DNA from: Oceanispirochaeta sp.
Lineage (GTDB): Bacteria; Spirochaetota; Spirochaetia; DSM-2461
Assembly: GCA_963663385.2 (NCBI GenBank)
Contig: CAXXXD010000004.1
Coordinates: 832,001 to 896,000, forward strand
Length of the DNA: 64,000 bases
Direction: 5' to 3'
Shown here: positions 37,151-46,432 of the stretch, piece after piece
Numbering within the stretch: position 1 is the stretch's first letter
Layout: every line of letters starts with the position of its first letter
Program-made: the position numbers and the translations under genes
Notes under the pieces: model-generated
Told to the model about the DNA's origin: nothing
Seen by the model: the letters and a program-made list of their open reading frames with translations, nothing else
The model's database searches: none

Positions 37151-38875
37151 ATGATGGAATACACGGTGGCAAAACCAAAATTGAAGAAATCTGTTTTATA
37201 TTTGAGTATTGTTTTGATTCTCATGATCCTCTTTTTTGTTGTCTGTCGGGATTATTCATATAAGAAAACCAGTATCCATGTAAATGAAACTCTTTTGATC
37301 ATAGATAAGATCCTTTATGAAGATCGTGATGTCATCTCTACTGATAATCAGGTTAATGAAAGTTATATCAGTAACTTATATTCAAGATTAGCCCTTCATG
37401 TATCCTCGCTTGATCCGCAGATGAAAAAGGGGATACATCCATTAGAACTGAGTTCCCTGTCAGATTGTCCCTGCTCCGGAAATCAGAAATGTTTAGCCGA
37501 TTTGTCAATTCAAATCAAAAGAAATATGGCCAGAGAGCAGAGTAGTTTACTGCACAATGATGCCTTATTATTCATTGTACTGATCCTGGCTTTAAGTGTC
37601 TATTTTAGAATCTTTTCAACAGGTCGAGTCTATACCGATATGAGTCTTTCAAAGAAAGCTATAGAATGCTTAAGATCAATTGGTAGGGTCGTAGAAATTG
37701 ATGAGAGTTCTTTCTCTGACTTAGAAAAATTTTCTTCAGAAATTTGCCATGAGATCCTATTTGAACGCCAAATCCGGGAGATCGATATCCATGGTGATCT
37801 CGATCATGTTTTAATCAAGCTGAGGCAGATCCTCAAAAAGGAAATGGCGTGCGACAGAATCGGTTTAGCTTTCCTTGATCGGAAGGGGGAACTCTCGACT
37901 GAGACAACCTATAGTAATTTCCATGATATTCAAATGGAAAAACTTTTCAGCACGAGTGTTGATGGGACGCTTTTGGCAAATCTTTTAGGGGATAGAAAAA
38001 GTCTAATTATTAATGATCTTGTCGCTTTTGCAGAGAAGCATGATGTTTCTCAGTCTGCAAGGGCTGTCATTCAGGATGGGTATCGATCCAGTATTATAAT
38101 TCCCATCCGGTTTGAAGGTCATAAGGTCGGATACGTTATTGTCCTGAGAAAAGAGGGGGAATTTACTGTTAAGGATTCTTCCTTTGTAAGCCGGGTGGTC
38201 GAACTATTAAAACATAAACTTTATATGGAATACATACTTCAATATATTGTAGCTCATACCTCCCTGGCCTTTGTTAAATTACTGCATGAAAGGGATAATG
38301 AAACAGCCTTTCATATCCAGCGAATGACCCGTTACTCCACAATTTTAGCCTGCAAGTATATCGAAAGGAATAGGGAGGTATCAGCCAGATTAGTTCGGGA
38401 GATTCGATGGTTTGCCCCCCTTCATGACATAGGAAAGATCGGGATCCCCGATCATGTTCTTATGAAACCAGATAAACTGAATGTTGAAGAGTGGGAGCGG
38501 ATGCAAGACCATGTTCTGATAGGAGAACGGGTCATCCGACAGATAAGCGATGATATATCTGAGTACCTTTCCCTGTCTTTAATGGATACGGCTGTTGATA
38601 TTATCGGGAGTCATCACGAGAAATATGACGGTACGGGTTATCCCAGGGGACGAGAAGGAGAGGAGATTCCTCTGGCGGGACGCATTGTGGCTTTGGCAGA
38701 TGTATTTGATGCTCTTACATCCAGGAGAACTTACAAGGAGGCTTATTCATTCAATAAAGCTGTACACGTAATGAAAAACAATATGGAGGGCCATTTTGAT
38801 CCCGAGGTATTCGCATGTTTTCTGGAATGCCTGGATGAAATTGAAAAAGTTTTTGAAAGCCTGAAAGAGATATAA
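37151..38875 (+). CDS. Membrane-anchored GAF + HD-GYP cyclic-dinucleotide phosphodiesterase
   Basis: Two TM helices, GAF (CDRIGL, YRSSIIIPI), ETAFH, LHDIGK, HHEKYDGTGYP, ADVFDALT. Confidence 0.92.
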   Translation: MMEYTVAKPKLKKSVLYLSIVLILMILFFVVCRDYSYKKTSIHVNETLLIIDKILYEDRDVISTDNQVNESYISNLYSRLALHVSSLDPQMKKGIHPLELSSLSDCPCSGNQKCLADLSIQIKRNMAREQSSLLHNDALLFIVLILALSVYFRIFSTGRVYTDMSLSKKAIECLRSIGRVVEIDESSFSDLEKFSSEICHEILFERQIREIDIHGDLDHVLIKLRQILKKEMACDRIGLAFLDRKGELSTETTYSNFHDIQMEKLFSTSVDGTLLANLLGDRKSLIINDLVAFAEKHDVSQSARAVIQDGYRSSIIIPIRFEGHKVGYVIVLRKEGEFTVKDSSFVSRVVELLKHKLYMEYILQYIVAHTSLAFVKLLHERDNETAFHIQRMTRYSTILACKYIERNREVSARLVREIRWFAPLHDIGKIGIPDHVLMKPDKLNVEEWERMQDHVLIGERVIRQISDDISEYLSLSLMDTAVDIIGSHHEKYDGTGYPRGREGEEIPLAGRIVALADVFDALTSRRTYKEAYSFNKAVHVMKNNMEGHFDPEVFACFLECLDEIEKVFESLKEI

Positions 38876-38940
38876 GCCGTTTTTTTCTTTTATTTCCTGA
38901 GTTACCCTATTATACCCCCTGACTTCTCCGCATACGAATC

Positions 38941-39054
38941 CTATCCGAGCCCTCCAATTCTCTTCTCAAGTTCTTCCTGACTCATCTCGATTATTGTGCT
39001 AACTGAGGCGTTCATAGCCTTCGCTATCGATTTTACGGTATCATGGTTCTGATG
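38941..39054 (-). pseudogene. Possible remnant of an XRE-type HTH gene (C-terminal half only)
   Basis: Hand translation HQNHDTVKSIAKAMNASVSTIIEMSQEELEKRIGGLG*; in-frame TGA just upstream and no start codon before the HTH-like segment. Confidence 0.35.
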
Positions 39055-39115
39055 TCAGGATATAGTTGTTATTCTATTCAAATGATAACACCACCAGGAC
39101 CTGAGGAGACTGATA

Positions 39116-41695
39116 ATGAAGCAACTGAAAAAAACATGGTTGAGAAGTTTTTTAGGACGGGAAAGGGAGTTTAGCGAATTAAAGAGCCAATTCCTGGAAT
39201 TTCAGAAAACTCAAAGTCCATCCTGTACATTATTGCTTGGAGAATCTGGAGTCGGGAAGACAAGGCTTATACATGAATTTTACAGCTGGCTTGTAAAAAC
39301 ACAACAGGGGAAAGCCAAAATCTACTGGCCGGATAAATTGAGCATTATTGGTGATAATCTCGCCATTAATCCTTTTTTTGATCAGCAGGAAAAAGATTGG
39401 AGTATCCTGCCTCCCTTTATATGGTGGGGACTCCGTTTTTCAAAACAAATACAAAGAAATAGAGCAGGTGATTGTGCTTTGGATAGTTATCTGCCAGCTC
39501 TGATACCGCATTTCTTTCCCCTGGAATTAAAAAAGAGAAAAGAAAAAACAAAAAAGAAGCTGACTTATTCTTCATTGGATATCGGTGCAAACATTATTCT
39601 CAATTTCGCGACCCTGGGAATCACAGGATTATTGAAATCGGCCGTTGATACGGGTTTGCAGATATCAGAAGTGGTCAAATATGTAGAAGAAACAAAAAGA
39701 ATGGAACATTTGGCGGGAAGAGGAGGTGTCTCACAACGATTATCCAATCGAATAGACTCGGTTATTCATGACCTTGAAATGTATTTCAAATCTGTAGAGG
39801 ACAGTTTTTGGGTTCTGGTCCTCGATGATCTTCAGTGGGTTAACGATGATGAAGACAGTTTTGTTTTTTTAGAGAAATTCTTTCAGGTCATTGCTGATAA
39901 GAACCTGCCGGTATTCGTCATCGCTACCTGTTGGCCGCTGGAATGGAAAGAAGATGAAAAAAACAGTGCCAAAAAAGATGATCTTTCCTTTTCTGAACTG
40001 TTAAAACGTAATTTCAGTGGCAATTCCGGGAAATCCGGCCAATTGAACTCCATTGATATCAGCGAGAAAATTGACCTGTCTCCCATGCTCAAAAAAGCCC
40101 TTCCGGGTTTGACCGGGAAACAAGTCAGTCTGATACTGGACAAAGCTGACGGTAATCCACAGCTCCTTGATGAAATTATCAGTTACTTTCGCGAATCCGG
40201 ACACTTGTTTGTCGGCAGGAAAATTAGCAGTCGGCTTGTAGACGATACGGCTATAACAGAGAGTTCCCACGGGTTGGAGCTCTTTCTGCGAAAAAGGTAC
40301 TCCCTTCTTCCGGAAAGGCATAAGGAACTCACCAGTTTAATCACTCTTTTCAGGTCTATTAGCTTCTCCACGGCCTTTCTTCCCCTGCTTTACCGGAAAC
40401 TGGGGCGTAAAACTAAAATAAATAGTGTTTTAAAAGAATCATTTGATAAATATTCCATACTGTATAAGGAGCGATCAGGGCTGGACGAGTTCCGTCATCG
40501 GACTTATTTTGATTTATCCAGTGATTATTTTATATATGGCTGGGATATCTATGGAAAAGATGAGATAGAAAATCACTTTTTTCAAACATTGGAAGAATTC
40601 TGCAGAAGCGATTCCTTTTCAACGCTGTCTAATCAGGAAAAAAAATGGCTGCTGGTACAGGCTGTACAATACAGAAAGGATCACCTGGACAACGATAGCT
40701 CATTGGGAGTTTTCGCTGGAAATAAGCAGAAATTAATTTCACTGCTCATTGAAGATAAGAATGAAAGGTCTCTGAAAATTGAATGTGGTGATATGCTTCA
40801 GTTTATTACTGATACTCCTCACGGGCGATTGCCTGATGGATTCTTGATAGAGTTTGCCAGTACTGTTTCCATGGCTGAGAGCGATGTTAATCAGCATGAA
40901 TTCTGGAAGAAGGCATTTCTGACAGTTCAAGCTTCTGATAAGAGTAAAGAGCCATTGGATCTGGCTGCAAAATTCTATGCTCTGTCAAATATTGCCATAA
41001 GAATGAAACTCTATTCTCAGGCTGTGGAGACTGCCAATACCTGCTGGGACCTGGTCGTGCCCCTCTATCATGAGGATTGGGAACTTGATCACCTGCTCTA
41101 TTATCGTATTCAACAGATTCGATCCCTGCTTTTTAATGACCAGCGATCGGAGGCTGATGAAATTCTTCGATGGATAACTTTAAGGAATCTGCGCCTCAGG
41201 GAGCGGATTGAAAATCAGGAAGCAATATGCGGAAAGAAAAAAAATAAAATGTTATGGACCCACGAAAACATCGATTTCACTGTAGGCTGCTTTAAAGAAG
41301 AGCAAAGCTATCAAGTGAGCTTATACGATATTTTTACTAATGATGCACAGTCAATATCTTTTTTTACACCCTTCGGTCATATACAGGGAATATATTATGG
41401 GCCATTCTCCTATGAAGTAAGTGGTGAAGATCTGATCATCTTCCTTGGAGAAAAGGCCCGTTTCAGTTTTACCGGAGTAGAGGCTGACTGCCTTGAACAA
41501 ATTAACAATCTATCAGCCATAACTGTCTTTACCTTTGAAATTCCTTCCAGCTGCTGGCCGGTTTTGGATAGCACCAGGGATATACAAAAGGAAGTAAAAC
41601 GATACGGCTCTCCCGTAGCCGCGACTCCTGTTTATAATAGATATTATGAGGGGGATCCTGTCTGTTGGGCTGAGTTAATCGGAGCTGAGGTGTAA
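39116..41695 (+). CDS. STAND-like P-loop ATPase (AAA_16-type) with helical/TPR-like C-terminus
   Basis: FLGRERE, Walker A GESGVGKT, Walker B LVLDDLQW, VIAT, DGNP (GxP), FRH; GAGGAG RBS. Confidence 0.85.
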   Translation: MKQLKKTWLRSFLGREREFSELKSQFLEFQKTQSPSCTLLLGESGVGKTRLIHEFYSWLVKTQQGKAKIYWPDKLSIIGDNLAINPFFDQQEKDWSILPPFIWWGLRFSKQIQRNRAGDCALDSYLPALIPHFFPLELKKRKEKTKKKLTYSSLDIGANIILNFATLGITGLLKSAVDTGLQISEVVKYVEETKRMEHLAGRGGVSQRLSNRIDSVIHDLEMYFKSVEDSFWVLVLDDLQWVNDDEDSFVFLEKFFQVIADKNLPVFVIATCWPLEWKEDEKNSAKKDDLSFSELLKRNFSGNSGKSGQLNSIDISEKIDLSPMLKKALPGLTGKQVSLILDKADGNPQLLDEIISYFRESGHLFVGRKISSRLVDDTAITESSHGLELFLRKRYSLLPERHKELTSLITLFRSISFSTAFLPLLYRKLGRKTKINSVLKESFDKYSILYKERSGLDEFRHRTYFDLSSDYFIYGWDIYGKDEIENHFFQTLEEFCRSDSFSTLSNQEKKWLLVQAVQYRKDHLDNDSSLGVFAGNKQKLISLLIEDKNERSLKIECGDMLQFITDTPHGRLPDGFLIEFASTVSMAESDVNQHEFWKKAFLTVQASDKSKEPLDLAAKFYALSNIAIRMKLYSQAVETANTCWDLVVPLYHEDWELDHLLYYRIQQIRSLLFNDQRSEADEILRWITLRNLRLRERIENQEAICGKKKNKMLWTHENIDFTVGCFKEEQSYQVSLYDIFTNDAQSISFFTPFGHIQGIYYGPFSYEVSGEDLIIFLGEKARFSFTGVEADCLEQINNLSAITVFTFEIPSSCWPVLDSTRDIQKEVKRYGSPVAATPVYNRYYEGDPVCWAELIGAEV

Positions 41696-41730
41696 ATCGT
41701 TATTCTTTAATTATCCGTATGGACTCAGCT

Positions 41731-41766
41731 AAAAAAAAGCCCAGCGTGAAGCTGAGCTTTTTTTTT
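41731..41766. terminator. Bidirectional intrinsic terminator between the ATPase gene and tRNA-Arg
   Basis: A8-GCCCAGC-gtgaa-GCTGAGC-T run. Confidence 0.75.
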
Positions 41767-41840
41767 TACGTCCAAGAGGATTCGAACCTCTGACCCTCGG
41801 CTTAGAAGGCCGATGCTCTATCCAGCTGAGCTATGGACGC
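41767..41840 (-). tRNA. tRNA-Arg (anticodon TCT), CCA not encoded
   Basis: GCGTCCATAGCTCAGCTGGATAGAGCATCGGCCTTCTAAGCCGAGGGTCAGAGGTTCGAATCCTCTTGGACGTA cloverleaf. Confidence 0.96.
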
Positions 41841-41923
41841 TCGTTAATAATTTACGGGATAAAAAAGGCGTAACTGAAGGACGACTCTGTTCCCGACTGA
41901 TTATGCAAAAGCATAACCGGTAG

Positions 41924-41996
41924 TCGGGATAGCAGGACTCGAACCTGCGATTTCCTGCTCCCAAAGCAGGCGCCTTAGCCACTAGGCTATATCCCG
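41924..41996 (-). tRNA. tRNA-Pro (anticodon TGG), CCA not encoded
   Basis: CGGGATATAGCCTAGTGGCTAAGGCGCCTGCTTTGGGAGCAGGAAATCGCAGGTTCGAGTCCTGCTATCCCGA cloverleaf. Confidence 0.96.
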
Positions 41997-42133
41997 TAAC
42001 GTTTAGGGAGTATATAGGGTTTGATTTTTTTGGTCAATATAAGCCGGGTACTTTTTTAAGAGCTGCTTTTACAGGGACCTGCAGAAAAGGCAAACCCTTG
42101 TGCCTGTGGGTGATAATCATCCATAATACTGGC

Positions 42134-42763
42134 ATGAAATCATCTGAGCGGGCCCGGATTATTACGGATATCCTCAATAACGAGTATCCCGATAGAAAGC
42201 CCCTGCTGAATTACAGAGACCCCTATGAGTTGCTGATAGCTGTGATCCTGTCGGCTCAGGCTACAGATGCCGGAGTTAACAAGGTAACCCCCCTGTTGTT
42301 TGAACGCTATCCGTCTCCGGAAGACCTGTCCCTGGCCGTGCAGGGGGAGGTGGAGGATATTATTCATCCCACGGGATTTTTCCGGGTCAAGGCGGCCAAT
42401 ATTATAAAAACGGCCGCCGCACTGTCGGAGCAGTTTGAAGGGAAGGTTCCGGGAACCATGGAGGAGCTGACGGCCCTGCCCGGGGTGGGGCGGAAAACGG
42501 CCAATGTTATCCTCTACCATATTTTCGGTCAACCCGCCATTATCGTGGATACCCACTTTAAAAGGGTGACGAATAGGCTGGGGTTTACGGCTGAAAAAGA
42601 TCCTCTGCAGATCGAGAGGGAGCTGCTGAACCTTATCCCCCGGGAGATCCAGTCGGATTTTTCCATGGGGGTGAACCTGCACGGGCGGAAGTACTGTCAT
42701 CCCCGGAAGCCGGAGTGCGGCACCTGTCCGATCCGGGATTACTGCCCTTCGGTTATGATTTAG
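42134..42763 (+). CDS. nth: Endonuclease III
   Basis: LIAVILSAQATD, HhH LPGVGRKTANV, VDTH, CxxxxxxCxxCxxxxxC Fe-S motif. Confidence 0.95.
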   Translation: MKSSERARIITDILNNEYPDRKPLLNYRDPYELLIAVILSAQATDAGVNKVTPLLFERYPSPEDLSLAVQGEVEDIIHPTGFFRVKAANIIKTAAALSEQFEGKVPGTMEELTALPGVGRKTANVILYHIFGQPAIIVDTHFKRVTNRLGFTAEKDPLQIERELLNLIPREIQSDFSMGVNLHGRKYCHPRKPECGTCPIRDYCPSVMI

Positions 42764-44653
42764 CTACTGGAGCCGGAAGGTTTTTAACTCATATACAACG
42801 GCGACTGATTTGTTAACGGTCAGTCCGAGATACACTTCTGGCTGGCTCAATGATTCATCAATGGCAATATCCACTTTTTCGATTGAATATGTCGGATCTC
42901 CGAGGGGGATAACATCAGAAGAAATCCAGCTGAAACCGCCGTTTCCCGAAACAAGGACTGTATATGCAGTTCCTGATGCGGGGACTCCCATCTCCTGTAG
43001 AAGAATCAGGTAGTTTTCTGAAGAAAAAAGGTGAAAGTTGAAAGTATACCCCTGATCGATAAGCAACTGGATGTCTTCGTCCGGATTAGCTGCATCAAAT
43101 AAAGAAATGACCATGTTTTGTTCCGGTATATATATACCGGATTCCTGTGGTGAACTGGCCACCAGGTAATTAGATTTATACAGACTAAGGTGTCTGTATG
43201 TATTCGTATCGGCTGAAATCGTGAAGAGGGGGGAAGAAAGGGCAATTTCTCCTGCCTGGTAGCTGTATATAGCTCCACTGTCTGCCAATAGATAACATGT
43301 ACTGTCCTGAGATGTTATCTGTAAATTGTCTGCAGTCCCTATTTCCCCCGAAAAGGGAATTGTAACAGGGCTGATTGCTCCGGGTGCCGCACCCGGGGTT
43401 ATGGCCGGCATTCCTATATGGAGATTTTTAGAATCGTCCACACCGGCCAGAACCGCATGAGTTCCGGAGTAGCTGATCCTGTAATTGGTTGTTGAAACGC
43501 TCTCGTAATATATCTCTGGAGGGTTAGTATTGGGAACATAGTAATGGTTTGAGCTGTTGGAAAGGCCTATGTCGTATCCTGTATATTGCCCTGCTCCTTC
43601 ATAGATCTCCAATTGACCTCTGAAAACATAATCTCCGCTGACATCTATATCGGCAATCCCTGTTTCCAGGGCCATACCGCTGACAGATGCACCGAAACAA
43701 CTGTCCGAGTCTGTCACCGTCCATGTCGTTCCGTTATCCGTGTAGGCATAGTAACCGACTGATCCTGTGCTCTGGGTAGACATATGGAACCGGCCGTTAT
43801 CAGCTGCAATAGAACGGTAGGATGAAGCGTCAGCTTCTGTAAAGTATGTGGTCAGTGATGACGTCGAGGTATCAATCCGGTTTGTTTCTGCCAGTTGGGT
43901 GTAACTTCCGGCAGCACTCCACCAGGCCACGCCATTAATATTCACTGTCCCGCTGTTATAGTAGCAGGCAATTACATAGCCGCCGTCTTCGGTTGCTGTA
44001 AAGGAGAAGCCCTTTTCATCGGCATTTTCTGAAATCGCCACCAGTTCTCCTGTCTGGGACACAAGGTTCAGGACAACATCTCCTTCTACATCATCCACCG
44101 TGTCCCCGAAAAACACATAGGAAGTCCCGGCTGTTAAAGGGCCTACTGTGAAAAAGCGGCTCTCTCCGACGGGGATTGTGGTGAAACTGTACTCAGAAGG
44201 ATTTATGTTCATTAAAAACGGAGAATCCGGGGAAATCTTCAGTTTTATACTGATCGAATTCTCACCCTCCGTCAGCTCTACCGAATCGCTTCCTTCGCAG
44301 ATCAATACGGAATCGGCATTATGGGTTTGTACACTCACGGCTGCCGTAACATTGACGGGCAGATCCGAAAGGGTCGCTGTCCCGATATATTTGTCGGGGT
44401 TTTCCGGGTCCGCTTCCAGAGTAACCGTGGCGGTATAATCGGTTTCGCCAATGGTACAGGTCAGGGTGACGCTGTTGCTGGACAGATCGATAAAGCGCCC
44501 GTTCGGAAGGGATGTTCCGGAATACAGGCTTCTGTCAATCGATGCTGTGACAGAGAGTTCTCCACGACCGTCGGAAATCTCTACAGGACTGTTACGGCAG
44601 GCCGCCAGAAAAAACAATAGGGTTATAATAATAGAATATTTGATGCGTACCAT
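42764..44653 (-). CDS. Large beta-rich hypothetical lipoprotein (Ig-like domains + possible beta-propeller)
   Basis: GGAGG before ATG 44653; lipobox FLAAC; Ser/Thr/Gly/Tyr-rich. Confidence 0.78.
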   Translation of the reverse strand: MVRIKYSIIITLLFFLAACRNSPVEISDGRGELSVTASIDRSLYSGTSLPNGRFIDLSSNSVTLTCTIGETDYTATVTLEADPENPDKYIGTATLSDLPVNVTAAVSVQTHNADSVLICEGSDSVELTEGENSISIKLKISPDSPFLMNINPSEYSFTTIPVGESRFFTVGPLTAGTSYVFFGDTVDDVEGDVVLNLVSQTGELVAISENADEKGFSFTATEDGGYVIACYYNSGTVNINGVAWWSAAGSYTQLAETNRIDTSTSSLTTYFTEADASSYRSIAADNGRFHMSTQSTGSVGYYAYTDNGTTWTVTDSDSCFGASVSGMALETGIADIDVSGDYVFRGQLEIYEGAGQYTGYDIGLSNSSNHYYVPNTNPPEIYYESVSTTNYRISYSGTHAVLAGVDDSKNLHIGMPAITPGAAPGAISPVTIPFSGEIGTADNLQITSQDSTCYLLADSGAIYSYQAGEIALSSPLFTISADTNTYRHLSLYKSNYLVASSPQESGIYIPEQNMVISLFDAANPDEDIQLLIDQGYTFNFHLFSSENYLILLQEMGVPASGTAYTVLVSGNGGFSWISSDVIPLGDPTYSIEKVDIAIDESLSQPEVYLGLTVNKSVAVVYELKTFRLQ

Positions 44654-44762
44654 AAAGGCCTCCATTCCCCATCCTTCTTTTATATCAGGTCAGCAGGGAT
44701 TGTCTGCCTTTATAGTATACACCGGATTCCTATATTTTCATCATACTTTAACTGGTCGCAGA

Positions 44763-45665
44763 TCAGAAATGCCCGTGGAAATCCTGAATGGTTTCAAATC
44801 CTGCTTCTTCCATGTAGGATTTTATCCCTTCCAGAACCTGTCCCGATGCATCGGGGGTTACGAAATTGCCTGTACCGATCTGAACGGCATCGGCTCCGGC
44901 CAGGAGGTACTGAACCGCATCCTCCCAGGTCATAATTCCGCCCAGTCCGATTACGGGGATATTCACCGCATGGCTGACGCGCCAGACCGCAGCCACCCCG
45001 ACCGGCCGGATAGCCGGACCGGAAAGACCGCCCGTAACGGCAGGGATCGCCGGTTTTCTACTGTGAATATCCACAACCATTCCCATTACCGTATTGATAC
45101 AGGCAACCGCATCAGCGCCCCCCGCTTCCGCAGCCTGACCGATAACGGAGATATCCGTTACATTGGGGGTCAGTTTCATAATCAGGGGTTTGTCCGTCAG
45201 TTTTCTCAGGGATTTAGTGAGCCTTTCCACCTGTGCCGGGTCCGTTCCGAAGGCCAGACCGCCGTGTTTAACATTGGGACAGGAGATATTTACCTCATAC
45301 CCCCATAGAGCATCCTGATCGTCTACCCGGCTGATTACCTCGGCATACTCCTCTTCCGTGCTGCCCGCCACATTTAAAATAACAGGACAGTCCAGTGTTT
45401 TAAGGAAAGGGATCTTCTCCGTAAGGAATCTTTCAACACCCACATTGGCAAGGCCGATGGAGTTGATCATCCCTGCGGGAGTTTCCACCAGCCGGGGCAG
45501 GGGATTCCCCGGACGGGGTTCAACCGTGACGGCTTTTGTGTAGAGAGCTCCCAGGGAGGAAAGGTCGGTTAAAGGGGCATACTCTTCCCCGTATCCGAAG
45601 GTTCCCGAAGCGACTCCCACCGGACCCGGGAGGATTTTGTCCCGTATTTTTACAGTTAAGTCCAT
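44763..45665 (-). CDS. pyrD: Dihydroorotate dehydrogenase class 1B catalytic subunit
   Basis: ASGTFG, GMINSIGL, NISCPN, MKLTPN, INT, GGLSG, VQIGT. Confidence 0.96.
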   Translation of the reverse strand: MDLTVKIRDKILPGPVGVASGTFGYGEEYAPLTDLSSLGALYTKAVTVEPRPGNPLPRLVETPAGMINSIGLANVGVERFLTEKIPFLKTLDCPVILNVAGSTEEEYAEVISRVDDQDALWGYEVNISCPNVKHGGLAFGTDPAQVERLTKSLRKLTDKPLIMKLTPNVTDISVIGQAAEAGGADAVACINTVMGMVVDIHSRKPAIPAVTGGLSGPAIRPVGVAAVWRVSHAVNIPVIGLGGIMTWEDAVQYLLAGADAVQIGTGNFVTPDASGQVLEGIKSYMEEAGFETIQDFHGHF

Positions 45666-46432
45666 TTGATTCTCCTGGAGTCGAATACGGGCCCTTCCTT
45701 GCAGACCCTGGCATATTTTTCGGGTCCGACAACCTCTATGGCGCAGCCCATGCAGGCTCCCACACCGCAGGCCATCATCTGTTCCATGGAGGACTGGGAT
45801 GGGATGTCCTTTTCCACGGCAAAATCATGACAGGCCTTAAGCATCCCGTGGGGGCCGCAGGCATAGATACACGGTTTATTCAGTGTTTCCCAGCTCAGAG
45901 AGCGCAGGTAATCGACTGAGGTGCCCTTGAATCCTGCCGAACCGTCATCGGTGCAGTACTGGATGCTTCCGTTTTCCAGATCAGGGAGCTTCGGCAGAAA
46001 AGTTTTTGACCGGCATCCGAATATGAGGCGGGGTGCAAAACCCCTTTTATCCAGAGTCCTGGCCAGATAGAGTATCGGTCCAAGGCCGATCCCTCCGGCA
46101 ATCAGCAGAGGAGAACTTCCTTCTTCGGGAGTCGAAAAACTGTTTCCCAGGGGGCTTAGTATCTCTATTTTTTTCCCCGCAGACAGTTCCGCCATCAGCC
46201 TGGTGGCAGGGCCCCGCACCTGATAGATAATAGATGCCGCTCCCTCGTCGGAGCTGAACCCGGACAGGGCAAACGGTCTTCTGAGAAGGGGGGCGGGATT
46301 TTCCGATACTTTTATTGTCAGAAACTGACCGGGTTCGGGAGGGCTCATGTCCTGCGGCCAGGGAAAGGTCATCTCCCGGTAGCCGAGTGCGATTTCTGTC
46401 TGGGTTAAGAGAGCGGTTGTAAAATTTCTCAT
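45656..46432 (-). CDS. pyrK: Dihydroorotate dehydrogenase electron-transfer subunit
   Basis: PGQF, LRRPF, AGGIG, YACGP, MACGVGACMGC, VCKEGPVF. Confidence 0.95.
   Translation of the reverse strand: MRNFTTALLTQTEIALGYREMTFPWPQDMSPPEPGQFLTIKVSENPAPLLRRPFALSGFSSDEGAASIIYQVRGPATRLMAELSAGKKIEILSPLGNSFSTPEEGSSPLLIAGGIGLGPILYLARTLDKRGFAPRLIFGCRSKTFLPKLPDLENGSIQYCTDDGSAGFKGTSVDYLRSLSWETLNKPCIYACGPHGMLKACHDFAVEKDIPSQSSMEQMMACGVGACMGCAIEVVGPEKYARVCKEGPVFDSRRIKWT

Noticed and set aside
41767..41800. attL/attR duplication of the tRNA-Arg 3' end
   Set aside because: No second copy found by eye and no integrase, so no mobile element is called
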